Source of the DNA: Psammoneis japonica
Taxonomy: Eukaryota
Assembly (NCBI GenBank): GCA_008632985.1
Contig: QPGO01000048.1
Coordinates: 372,001-436,000, forward strand
Length of the DNA stretch: 64,000 nt
Direction: 5' to 3'
The number at the start of each line of letters is the position of its first letter. Position 1 is the stretch's first letter. Positions 1 to 12,240 of this stretch are shown here, piece by piece. Position numbers and translations under genes: made by a program. The notes below the pieces were generated by a model that was not told the DNA's origin, ran no database searches, and saw only the letters and a program-made list of their open reading frames with translations.

Positions 1-1900
1 AGTTGCAAACATCCATGAACATGAGCGGTGCCGCGGGCTTGGCATTTGATCCAAAACCAAGTCCAGCTTGTTTTCATCCCATTCTTTCCAAAGAAGCTCT
101 TTGTCATCAAATTGACCCGTTCTTGAAAGAAGGCGTCAACAATGTGAGGGTCATCTAAGACAGCCTTGCGACAACAGGCGGCTTTCTCTTCTTCTGAAAA
201 CTCTTCACAGCCAGAGTTGCAAATCAACAAGGCGCGAAGGTCCGCCCAGTGGTTGTCGGTGGCTGAAAAAGCAAACCATGATGCAGGCATTCCGCACTGG
301 TCTGTCAGAGCCTCGAGCTCCTTCTTCTTCTTGTAGAAATGCGAATCGCTGCCTGGGATGTTTGCGTTGAACTTTTGCATGTTGGAAACAAGTTCTTTGA
401 AGCGCGGCCCATTCTCTTGCACTGCATGCTTCAGCTCTTCCTCGGTGAGCTGTGCGTCTTCTGGGCACTTTCGCAGGTGTGCTTTCTTTTGATCCTGGTG
501 ACGGTGCCGAGTGGCAGCATTCTCGGCCCAATGCATGCACCGATTGTGGCATGCAAACGGACACACCCACTCTCCCTCCTTGTCATCAAAATGGGCATGC
601 TGCAGCAAGTGCTTGTTTGCCTCCGCCATGGCAACATTGATGCGGCGATCGTCACACGTGACATCCCCGTTGCCGTGCGGGAAGAGAGCAGGAAAGGCTG
701 GGCTTTGAAGCCAAGGAAAGGTGCAGTCATTGATGGGCTGGCCGTTGTTTTCAATCTCTTGGACGACGGAAGCAGGATCAAATCGATCGTGGAGAGTGCT
801 AGAAATTTCGGCGCGCTGCTGACCTGGATGAGGGCCAGATGGCAGACACCCAGATGCGACATCCTCACCCTCCTGTCCGCTTGCCCCGCCTTGTTCTGGA
901 CCACTTGCAGCAGCATCTTGGTCTTCACTTGCATTGCCTGCTGGCTCACTCTCATCTGCAATTGATGACATAGAATCCGCAACTGATCCATCCTGTGGGA
1001 GCAACAAAAGATTGTCCAGGTTGATGTCGATGTCACAACAGCCTGGATGATTTTCCTTCAGCCAGACAAGCCATTCTGCAACATTGTCGCGGCGAACCTG
1101 AAAGTCTTTGCATCCATTTGGTGTCCTTTGGTTTGGCTTTCGAAGGACAAAAACTGGCAAGTCGGAAACCTTGAGTGGAAGGCTCGCAATGACTTCGTTC
1201 ACATCCTTTTCAAGATTCACGACGGATCCTTTGCACCCGACTTGCCCGGACTGAAGGCAACAGCACTTCATGACAGTGTGAGCACAAGCAATGAGCATCT
1301 CTTCAACCTCAGATGGCTCGGGCAGGTGTGCAGGACGTCCCTTGGTGCAGACATCCATGTCATTTGCTGCAGAGAAACAACTCAAGCCATGCTCCTTGAC
1401 ATCCTTGGAACAAGCAAGGCACTGCTGCGGGTCGGACTCATTCATGTTCAAGATGAACCAGTGCTTCTTGCAAGTGGCACACCACATCATTTCTGTCTTT
1501 GAAATTCCGTCCACAAATTCATCTTGACAAGCTTTCATCTGTGGACCAGTCAAACAAGAGTGAGAACGATTGAAGAGGAAAGTGACGACAATCAACATCG
1601 TGTCTCTTGCATCGGAGTGGTCTTCTAGATTGACACCTGGATGCTGGCCGTCCCTGCAAGCTTCAAAACATTCAACAAGAGAAGAGGGTGGAACTGGAGG
1701 GTCATCAGAAGAGGACGAAGTAGATGACGATGACGAGGAGGAAGACAACGACAAGGACGAGGAAGGGTCATTGTCCATCGATTGCCTTTTTCGTCTGTTT
1801 GCTTGTTTCATTGCTTGGCGGTTTTGCAGCCTTGCTTCTGCCATTGACATTCCTTTGAAAAATCTGGCTTCTGCATTTGATTGGCGTTGTCGAGCCCTTG
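1..1900 (-). mobile_element. Helitron RepHel gene, N-terminal part (CxxC motifs, DUF6570-like region, start of HUH Rep domain); TpA-mutated, runs off the window edge
   Basis: Manual minus-strand translation gives WCATCKKHWF...CLACSK...FSAANDMD...VEEMLIACAHTVMKCCCLQSGQVGCKGSVVNLEKDV...VRRDNVAEWLVWLKENHPGCCDIDI, then PAFPALFPHGNGD, and at 1-60 KCQARGTAHVHG (ExQxRGxxHxH HUH motif). The upper boundary is approximate. Confidence 0.85.
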
Positions 1901-1984
1901 CCATTTCTTGCCATTCTTGAGTCGACAGGTGATCTCGTGCTCGTGCTTGAGATTGCTCCTTCCTTCCATTCGCAACTCTGTGAT

Positions 1985-4900
1985 TGTTGGTGGAGGAATC
2001 AATGGCAGCTGGTAGATCTGGATGAGCAAGAACAGACAAAGTAGAGCCATGAGTAAAAAAATTCGACAAAGTAGAGCCAACAAAGTGGGAACACTTGCGA
2101 CTCGAAGTGCGTTGTCGTTTCGCATCTCTGTCAGAAGAATCATCAACAGCGCTGGTCACTCGTCGAGTTCTGTGTGACAAAACTCAGGATTGGTGATGTT
2201 TGAAACCTCCGAATCTTGCGTTGACGAAATCTCAATGTGATCGACTGGAAGAGAAAACTCGGGATGTTTGGTGCGACTCTGGAAAGCATCCTCTCGGTTG
2301 CGCTTCCTGACGTCTTTTACGGCTCGATCCTCCGATCGGCGTTCAGCATGTCTCTTTTGGTCGCACTCTCTTTTCCGCTGTGTAGAGGTTGAAAACGAAG
2401 TGGGCGTTCCAAACACTGCATCCTGAGATCCATGAGAATGGTGCGCGTGCGGTGATCCAAAAGAAACGTGGGGCGGCATGCAACGAGGAGCAGGAGGCGG
2501 ACGAAAGTGAGGAGCCGACATCCAATGATCACAGGGAGGAGACAAAAAAGCTTGAGCCGGAGCATGCTGGTGTCCAAAATTGGGCATGCCTGGCGGCATC
2601 ATGAAAGCATCGCAGGGGCGACAGTTCCTCACATCGAGAGAGCCATGAACGACAGGAGGAGAAAAAACAACACCATTTCGAATGCACTTGTTCCACTCAT
2701 CAATCAAAGAAGCTTGAGATTTGGTGGAATGGGTTGATGCAGGCGATGTAGGTTCTGGAGCTTCCGGCGGAACGTGGGGTCCGGCGGAAAAGAATGCCTT
2801 CTCAACAAGCTCTTGCTCCTTTGGATCCGTTGTCGCTTGCCCCACCAGACGACGAGTGGGCATGGGAAAGGAAGCAAAAGAAAAGAGTGGGATGAGTGTA
2901 GATGCAATGGTTGCAATCTTCATCGTGTCGAAAGCGATGTCGAGACGAGACGATGAGTTTTGTGTTTGGCGGGATTTTGTTTTCCGCGGGAAAAGTGAGT
3001 GGCGAGACCTCGTTTCAATCAAGAGCTCGCAGGCGCGGAAGTTAGGTGCGACTATACGTGGTTGAATATTTATTAAAATTTACGTAGAATCCTACTGAAA
3101 TCAAGTTGAGTTCTATTTTAGCGATAGTAGCTCTGTTTTGGTAATAGTAGATGTTTTACTATATCGATTCTGTAGATATTTTGAGAAGCGTTTCGGGGCG
3201 ACCCTGTTCGGACCGTTAAATGGAATTTTTTTTATCCAGATTCCACAGTTCTTTCGGGGTGTTCGTAAGATTTTTGAAATGGTATATGTATATATTAGAG
3301 GCGTATGCAAATTTAATGATATGTAATACCTTCAGAAACAGATATAAATAAATCTTTCATGTAGACCACGTAGATTGTGTACCGGCCGAAAATCCACCGC
3401 ATGTCAATTCACTCAGTAGTAATTCTACGTATATTCTACATACACCTCACACACGTACACACGCCTACACAGTCTAATAACCGCGCACACGTGCGCGAGA
3501 TTAATCTTAATAAAAATCATGTTTGTCTCACTTTGTCTCACGTTGTCTGCATGTGTCTTCCTTCGCTAACAATTGTATAAACGTATCGCACGATATATAG
3601 CATAAAATAGTTACTTAAGGGCCTTTGGCTATTTTGGCGACATTGATAGAAATGTCTCACTTTATGTGGCGATAAATGATTGTTTATGGGAGTCATTTAT
3701 TTTACCATACATATCGATGGAATGTATTTGATTGTCGTAAGATAATACAAAATGTCCTAGTTTTCCGTTTTGGCGACATTTTCGTTAGTGTTCCAGCTCG
3801 CTCAAAGCCTTACCGTGCGGACGTACCGGCACCGGCATTGTCAGTTCTCTACTCTACTCTGTGTCATAGCTTGAGGATGTAGTTCTAGCTTGACTACCTT
3901 GCTATCTAGCACTACACACAGTAGAGAGACGAGGGCCTGCTCTGCTGTGCAGCAGAGACCATGTCTGGCTAGCTAGAGAAGGTCTTGCACTCTAGAAATG
4001 GATGTGCAGTGCTGCTGAACTTTGCTTGCCATCACAAACGAAGAAGACAATGTGCATGAAAAAGGAAGCATTGAGTCGAGGTGTCACTGCTCTGCTTTCC
4101 AAAGAGAGCTGTCTGAAGTGCTGTTGATGTGTCGTGTTGTTGTGTGTGTTTTTGGCGAGCGAGCCGTTTTTGCCCCACAAAATTTCTCTCAGGTGCAGAC
4201 AGCGGGAAGCACCGGCGTGACCCACCTCATCGTTTTGTCGTTGGTGCACCTGAGTGTGCGAATGCGCGTGTGCGAACGACAACAGACGATTTATGCACCT
4301 CTGATCTTCAAGCAAGACCTCCAAAATAATCGTGTGTTCGTTGTTCGTGTGTCCAGGCCCGCCCGCGCGCTTTCAGCTTGATGAAAGGTCTGTCCACATC
4401 GTTTTTGAGTTTAACCCTTGGGGCCAACAGACGCAGCGCCTTGGAAAATAGAAGCATGCAAGAAAATGAAACTGCTTGATCTGTTCACGTGCTCTCCAGA
4501 GAGAGTGTAAAGAGAGTCCGAGTTCGTAGACAAGCAATGCCCTCCAGTTGATGTCATCCGCAGCTCTCTGATCCCCAAGGCAACGCAGCTGCACGCGATC
4601 TAGACCCGACATGCAAGAACCAAGAAGATGTTGGTGGAGGAATCAATGGCAGCTGGCAGATCTGGATGAGCAAGAACAGACAAAGTGGAGCCATGAGTAA
4701 AAAAATTCGACAAAGTAGAGCCAACAAAGTGGGAACACTTGTGACTCGAAGTGCATTGTCGTTTCGCATCTCTGTCAGAAGAATCATCAACAGCGCTGGT
4801 CACTCGTCGAGTTCTGTGACAAAACTTGGGATTGGTGATGTTTGAAACCTCCGAATCTTGCGTTGACGAAATCTCAATGTGATCGACTGGAAGAGAAAAC

Positions 4901-7280
4901 TCGGGATGTTTGGCGCGACTCTGGAAAGCATCGTCGCGGTTGCGCTTCCTGACGTCTTTTACGGCTCGATCCTCCGATCGGCGTTCAGCATGTCTCTTTC
5001 GGTCGCACTCTCTTTTCCGCTGTGTAGAGGTTGAAAACGAAGTGGGCGTTCCAAACACTGCATCCTGAGATCCATGAGAATGGCGCGCGTGCGGTGATCC
5101 AAAAGAAACGTGGGGCGGCGTGCAACGAGGAGCAGGAGGCGGACGAAAGTGAGGAGCCGACATCCAATGATCACAGGGAGGAGACAAAAAAGCTTGAGCC
5201 GGAGCATGCTGGTGTCCAAAATTGGGCATGCCCGGCAGCATCATGAAAGCATCGCAGGGGCGACAGTTCCTCACATCGAGAGAGCCATGAACGACAGGAG
5301 GAGAAAAAACAACACCATTTCGAATGCACTTGTTCCACTCATCAATCAAAGAAGCTTGAGATTTGGTGGAATGGGTCGATGCAGGCGATGCAGGTTCTGG
5401 AGCTTCCGGCGGAACGTGGGGTCCGGCGGAAAAGAATGCCTTCTCAACAAGCTCTTGCTCCTTTGGATCCGTTGTCGCTTGCCCCACCAGACGACGAGTG
5501 GGCATGGGAAAGGAAGCAAAAGAAAAGAGCAGGATGAGTGTAGATGCAATGGTTGCAATCTTCATCGTGTCGAAAGCGATGTCGAGATGAGACGATGAGT
5601 TTTGTGTTTGGCGGGATTTTGTTTTCTGCGGGAAAAGTGAGTGGCGAGACCTCGTTTCAATCAAGAGCTCGCAGGCGCGGAAGTTAGGTGCGACCATGCG
5701 TGGTTGAATGTTCATTAAAATTTACGCAGAATCCCACTGAAATCAAGTTGAGTTCCATTTTAGCGACAGCATCTCTGTTTTGGCAACAGCAGATGTTTTG
5801 CTGCATCGATTCTGTGGACATTTTGAGAAGCGTTTCGGGGCAACCCTGTTCGGACCGTTAAATGGAATTTTTTTATCCAGATTCCAGAGTTCTTTCGGGG
5901 TGTTCGTAAGATTTTTGAAATGGTGCATGCATGTGTTAGAGGCGCGCGCAAATTTAATGATGTGTGATGTCATCAGAAACAAACACAAACAAATCTTTCA
6001 TGTGGACCACGTGGATTGTGCACCGGCCGAAAATCCACCACATGTCAATTCACTCAGTGGCAATTCTACGTACATTCTACATGCACCTCACACACATGCA
6101 CACGCCCACACAGTCCAACAACCGCACACACGTGCGCAAGATCAATCTCAACAAAAATCATGTTTGTCTCACTTTGTCTCACGTTGTCTGCATGTGTCTT
6201 CCTTCGCTGACAACCACACAAATGTGTCGCATGACACACAGCATAAAATGGTCACTTGAGGGCCTTTGGCCATTTTGGCGACATTGACAGAAATGTCTCA
6301 CTTCATGTGGCGACAAATGATTGTTCATGGGAGTCATTTGTTTTGCCACACATGTCGATGGAATGCATTTGATTGTCGCAAGATGACACAAAATGTCCCA
6401 GTTTTCCGTTTTGGCAACATTTTCGTCAGTGTTCCAGCTCGCTCAAAGCCTTGCCGTGCGGACGTGCCGGCATTGTCAGTTCTCCACTCTGCTCTGTGTC
6501 ATGGCTTGAGGATGCAGCTCTGGCTTGACTGCCTTGCTGTCCAGTGCCACACACAGCAGAGAGACGAGGGCCTGCTCTGCTGTGCAGCAGAGACCATGTC
6601 TGGCTAGCTAGAGAAGGTCTTACACTCTAGAAATGGATGTGCAGTGCTGCTGAACTTTGCTTGCCATCACAAACGAAGAAGACAATGTGCATGAAAAAGG
6701 AAGCATTGAGTCGAGGTGTCACTGCTCTGCTTTCCAAAGAGAGCTGTCTGAAGTGCTGTTGATGTGTCGTGTTGTTGTGTGTGTTTTTGGCGAGCGAGCC
6801 GTTTTTCGCCCCACAAAATTTCTCTCAGGTACAGCACATCGTGACAGCGGGAAGTGCCGGCGTGATCCACCTCATCGTTTTGTCGTTCGTGCGCGCTGAG
6901 TGTGCGAATGCGCGTGTGCGAACGACAACAGACGATTTATGCACCTCTGATCGATCTTCAAGCAAGACCTCCAAAATAATCGTGTGTTCGTTGTTCGTGT
7001 GTCCAGGCCCGCCCGCGCGCTTTCAGCTTGATGAAAGGTCTGTCCACATCGTTTTTGAGTTTAACCCTTGGGGCCAACAGACGCAGCGCCTTGGAAAATA
7101 GAAGTATGCAAGAAAATGAAACTACTTGATCTATTCACGTGCTCTCTAGAGAGAGTATAAAGAGAGTCCGAGTTCGTAGATAAGCAATACCCTCTAGTTA
7201 ATGTCATCCGTAGCTCTCTGATCCCCAAGGCAACGCAGCTGCACGCGATCTAGACCCGATATGTAAGAACCAAGAAGATG
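1985..7280. repeat. ~2.64-kb tandem duplication (copy 1 1985-4630, copy 2 4629-7280)
   Basis: tgttggtggaggaatcaatggcagctgg begins at 1985 and 4629; ...gaaccaagaagatg ends at 4630 and 7280. ORFs 2156-3022 and 4600-5715 are near-identical. Confidence 0.95.
2156..3022 (-). other. Pro/Ser/His-rich ORF upstream of Helitron RepHel (probably element-derived; second copy at 4600-5715)
   Basis: 288-aa ORF with no Tyr, same strand as RepHel, duplicated; no recognisable domain. Confidence 0.4.
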
Positions 7281-8899
7281 ATGGCGCCAGAGACTTTTGC
7301 TCAAAAGGATATCGTGCAATTGCCATAAAACAGCGGCGCGCAATGCTTCGCGTCCGCCCTTCAATCCGCCAACTTCGTGCATACTACTAGAACCTCCCAG
7401 CCGTCGAGGATGAACTAGATACACCTGACCAGGAACTACAAGGCGCGCTTCTTCGCCTTCACTACCGTGAGCGTGTGTCTTTAAACTTGATACCTAGGAT
7501 CCGCAAACCGTCGTATGTGAGTGCAACAAGACATTGCAAAGTGCTGACACCAAAAAGTTAGACGGAAGGTGGAACTTTCTACTCACCGTGAGCGACACTG
7601 TGTCTGTCATCCGACTCAATTGTCTTCCGAGAAAGCCTCCCTTCATTGACTTTTGTGTCCGCTCACATAACCGATCCAAACTGTCAGCAGTTGTGCGCGT
7701 AACATCATCATCCCCATAGATAATTGACGTGATAAAGGCTGCCTTAACGTTCGCCGAAAGGCAAGGCGGTGCGCCTAATACGACAGCCGAAGAACGCCCT
7801 TGTCCACACCCTTCCAGCTGAAACGAAGTCACGTTGGCGGATGAACTCTCCTGCGCTTCTTTTTTTCGGATACACACTCTCCAGCGTCTGAGCTTGTTCG
7901 GCGCCTTTTCCGCTTTCGGCGTTTGGAGGAACCATCCTCCGATGGAAGGGGTAAGCTCCCATCCAAAATCGTAGCAGCCAAGCTTGCAATCCCTCCAGCC
8001 ACCGACTGCCCAACAAAATGAATGGCGATTTCAGAGCTGTTGTATCTTTGTAGTGTCGGCTGTAGAACATCTTTTAGAAGCCTTCCAGCAGCTCTGTAGA
8101 GACTCCCCTGGACTGAAACAACCTCGTTTGCAACCAGACCTGTGTGTAAGCCCACAAGCAAAGGCTGCTCATCCAATAATGCTAGTGTGCGAGGTAAGTC
8201 GTGCACCAACGAGTCCCCGACGACGACCAATAGCCGGCCATGATGTGAAGAACGCTCCAACGGAGCTGCTTCCACCAGATCTTCAATGCCGCCGTGGTCG
8301 AGACCTGCGCCGCCTTGATACAAAGGCTCATACAAGACAAGAACCGTCAGATTCATCCCTTCCGTTACCAATGTGGTTGCATTAACTACTATTTCCCTGC
8401 CAACAAGAGTTCCGTTAGCGTTCTCCTTCATCTCCTCCACGAGAATCGAAGGCTACTCAAGAAGCTCGCAGAGTTCTGCCGCAAAAAGAGCATCGGCAGC
8501 ACTCCCAGCACGAGTTGCGCTTCGACGGGCTCTCCCAGAGACGGAAGCATCAAAAGATTCTCCGCTACTACGATGGGTTCGTTGGTATGCCTCGTGAGCC
8601 GCGCCATCGAACTTTTTCAGAGTGCCCTGAGCTGAAGAAAGTGCTGCAAGCGCTCGCTCCACTTCAGCCGTATCCGGTTGCCTCTCATCTTCTGGGAAGG
8701 AAAGACGCTTCTTAATGACGCCTGCCAATAGTTCATAAACATTACTACTGTTTTTCGAACCTTTCTGTCGCTTGCGTTTTGACGGGGAAGCACCGCCGCG
8801 GCAGATCTCTAACGCTTTCAAGGGCAACAGATGGGCACTTGCGTTGTTGTAAGAAAAAGAAAGAGTCGCAACCAGCAAATAGAAAAGCAAACGGTTCAT
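7194..8899 (-). pseudogene. Secreted class-3 lipase-like alpha/beta hydrolase, apparently disrupted
   Basis: Signal peptide MNRLLFYLLVATLSFSYNNASA (ATG 8899); nucleophile-elbow-like HFVGQSVAGGIASLAA; IIYGDDDVTR; C-terminal WRHHLLGSYI; GT-AG intron 7586-7494. In-frame TAG at 8455-8453 and a frameshift near the T-run at ~7860. Confidence 0.65.
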
Positions 8900-9120
8900 G
8901 TTGAAATTCGTATTGTTGTGTTGGCTGATACCGTATGGAGGGCGTCGAGGATAGCTATTCGAGTCAGTCTTCGTGTTGGTTGACGGGTGTCGATCTCCAC
9001 ATGCAGGGTGCGTGCAGGAGTTCGTGATTGAGCTCATCCAGCCGAACAACGCGAAAAAGGGGGAGGTGAGGGGGGTCGGGTGTGGAGGCAATCACGTACT
9101 TGTTACACGTGCTTTTAGTG

Positions 9121-9367
9121 CTCCTCGTACCCAAGTTTAGATGGAGACGGACTGACTCGAATCAACCCCCCGCGATGACCATGACTTCTCGCCTGATCCA
9201 TTTCGGAAGCTTGGGACTTCCGGTTCAAGATGACCCAGTCCAGTCTTCTGACTGTGACCGGTCAAACTTCGGTTTTCTCTTTTCCCACTTTTCCAGCTTG
9301 ATTGGAACAGGAACCCTGATCAACGTAACTGGATCACACAAGCCCGGAAAAGCATTGTTCTTTTTCA
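9121..9367 (+). repeat. Ngaro repeat A1
   Basis: ctcctcgtacccaagtttagatggagac...gcattgttctttttca, 247 bp, matches 17590-17836. Confidence 0.95.
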
Positions 9368-9849
9368 GTCTCTCTCATCATGTCGGATTTCTTCGCCTCA
9401 GGTGTCTCGGATGATGCGTTCGTTGATTTGGCTTGTCAACTGGAGTTGGATGTTGTCTCGCCTTTCTTGTCGAGCTCTCCGGCGGCTCCCTCTCCTCAGG
9501 CTCGCCCTGCTGGGGCTGCGCATCAGGGGGGGAGTTGCGAGGGCTCAAATCCTCGGGGCATGAGCGATGATGTTTCGGGGGGTTGTGGTCATCCCCAATC
9601 GGACATTGACAGAGCAGAGTTGGGGGAAGTCATTTCCCGCCATCCAGGAACTCACGTTTTGGAAGGAGACGCATCCCACCTGGTTCAGAGGGAAACCCGC
9701 TCGTCTCGGGTTGGTTTCTTTGGGCGGGATTTAGCGGGTGATGTCGGAGGCACGGTCGAGTCGGAGGGGGGAGGTGCATCCTCTTCGTCCTTGCATGTGC
9801 GCCTCATCATCGAATCACCTGGCTGGAGACTGTTGGAGCACCTCGGTGC

Positions 9850-11842
9850 TTGGGCATCAAGGGCGGAGGAGCCACCTTTTGTCTCAAGAAGGCAAGCGAG
9901 TGTAATGTGAAGCATGAGGGCGGCAAGATGAATGTTCCGGCATCGGGTGTGACAGCAATTCTCAAGTCCCCAGACACGGGTTTTTGCCAACCCATCCTAA
10001 ACGGCGGGAACATGTCTGGTGAGGTGTTGGCCAAGTGGGAAGCCGAGTCGGATGCACTGGCTGGTTGGCGGCAAAATTTCTTGGTCCTGGCCAATGGTGA
10101 GCCCTTTTACACCGAGGACGAAGTCGAACCCACTCTGAGGGAGTGTGAAAGGACGGCCGAGTTCAAGACACCGGCTCGGAAGCAGTGGCCGGAACCGTCG
10201 ACCCCTCAAGAAGACACTGTTCTGGAGGGGTTCACGCCTTGCGAAAAACAAATGCTCTCCACCCCGGTGCAGTTCCTGGTGGCCAACAAAAGTCCGTCTG
10301 CGTTGGCCCGTGTGGTGCAATCAACAGAGGATGGGTTGAGGCAAGCTGGGGAGGCACTGGCCGACTTTGGAGACAAAGCTGGCAAGCGCTTCCACGCTGC
10401 GGAGTCCATGGTGGACATTCCAAGCCGAAAGCTGGATCAACTGGACATGTCTCTCGGGGAACCAACCCAGGGGTTTGACGAAGCTCTGCTCGCCCCCACT
10501 CTTTGGGGTGCGCTGGCGAACATTGCGTCCTGGGAAACCGGAACCCAATCTCCAGACCTGGTCGAGCGAGTCACGCAAGTGGAGACGGGTTGGCGAAACC
10601 AATCCAACAATCTGGTGAGGACGTTCAATGAGAGGTTCCAATGCCTGCAAGATCGGATGGGATCGACGGCCAGCCGCACAGATCTGGAAAACTCGAAGAA
10701 GAATGTGCTTCGCGTTTGTGCACAGCTCACTTTGAAGGTTGGGGCGATCGAATCCCAGCGCGGTTCGGGGTTTGCACCTCCAGGTGTTTCATTTGATCAA
10801 GGGTCCGTGGAAGCACGTCTCACTCGCCCAGACCATGCTGTGAGTGAATTGCGCGCAAAATTGGACAAGTCGGCCATTGAGTTCTTGGGGGTTGGTGCAT
10901 CATCCTGCAAGGAGTGTCAAGCTTGGATGACACAGCATTTCCCCTCGAGGGCGCATGGGTGCTTGGCTGACATCGTCTTGCTCTTGGACCGGATCAAGGG
11001 GATCGAGCCCACTGCTCTGCACCACTTTTTATCTCAGTGGGCCAAGCAAATGAGCATGAACATCGCGACCGAGGAAGACGCGAGAATGTTGGCGGGTTTC
11101 CAGCACCGCATGCCCCGGATTTTCGACTCGGGATCGGCAAAGTCAGCTCAGACCTTGGGGTTGCACCCTTCCCACCTGGACAAGGTAGAGTCTTATGAAC
11201 ACTGGTCGTCTGGCAATGTGGGTGCCAAGCACTTCATCGAAGGGAAAATCGCCTCGGCGGAGAATGACATCATGGAGGACATCAATCAACGCATCAGACC
11301 AGGCACGTTTGAGAGCCAGGTGGTGTGGGATGCGTTGTCAAAATCGGCGGCTTTCCTGCGTGCCCTGACTCAATTCATCGACTCCACTTGCGCTTCCCTC
11401 GCTGATCTGAGCAAGTTCTTGAAGAAGCAAGCGTGGTCGATGACCCACAAATTGACCCATCGCATCTTTGAGGACATTCACAAGGCGTGCTCGGGGGTCT
11501 TTACCTCCATTTCCGGCACGGACCCGGACGCGGTGTGCAGCAAAATTTTGTGGGCGGTGTTTCGAACCCAGGATGTCATGGCCGAGCACACTTCCATGGG
11601 TTTCGCCAATCACCCCTCGATGGCGTCCGAATGCGTCAAGTTCCTCGCCACCAACTCCGGTTTTGAAGTGGTTGGACTTGCAATCCAAGGTCCTGACATT
11701 GACGGATGAAGCCAAAAACGCGAGTTCTGAAGCAAAATCAGCCCAGGCCCGCGGGGATTCGGCTCACGTGGAACTTGGGAAATTGCGGACGGAAGTGAAG
11801 GAACTAACTCGGCGCCTCAAGGTTCTTGAGAACAAGAAGTGA
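9850..11842 (+). pseudogene. Ngaro ORF1 (gag-like, coiled-coil C-terminus), frameshifted near 11690
   Basis: 619-aa ORF plus an overlapping coiled-coil tail (LRTEVKELTRRLKVLENKK); first ORF position in the element. Confidence 0.65.
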
Positions 11843-12240
11843 AGCCCATGGGGAGCGGAGGAACCGTGGGAGGGTCCGGTCTCGGTTGACAGGCCTGACA
11901 ATCTAAGGCATGTCATGCGAGGCCGCAAAGCCTTCTCATTTCAGGGAGCATGCTCAGTTCTTTCCTCCAGTCCCCCAATTTGGCTGTTGTCCCTTAGACC
12001 AAAAGAATGGCCCACACTGTGCTTCTATTCCGACAACTCAGCCTTTTCCCATTGGAGTCCCCTCTTGGTGGATGTGTTCCAAAGCCAGCCAGGAGCTTCC
12101 TTGGCCCAGGTCGGTTGGTCGAGCGTGGGGCATCTTGCCACCCGGGTTGATCTCGCATTTGTGTCAGGTCCACCGTCATTCCTAGAACCCGCGGCGCATG
12201 TCATCCAACCCACGCCCTTCATCATGATCCCCATGGGCAC

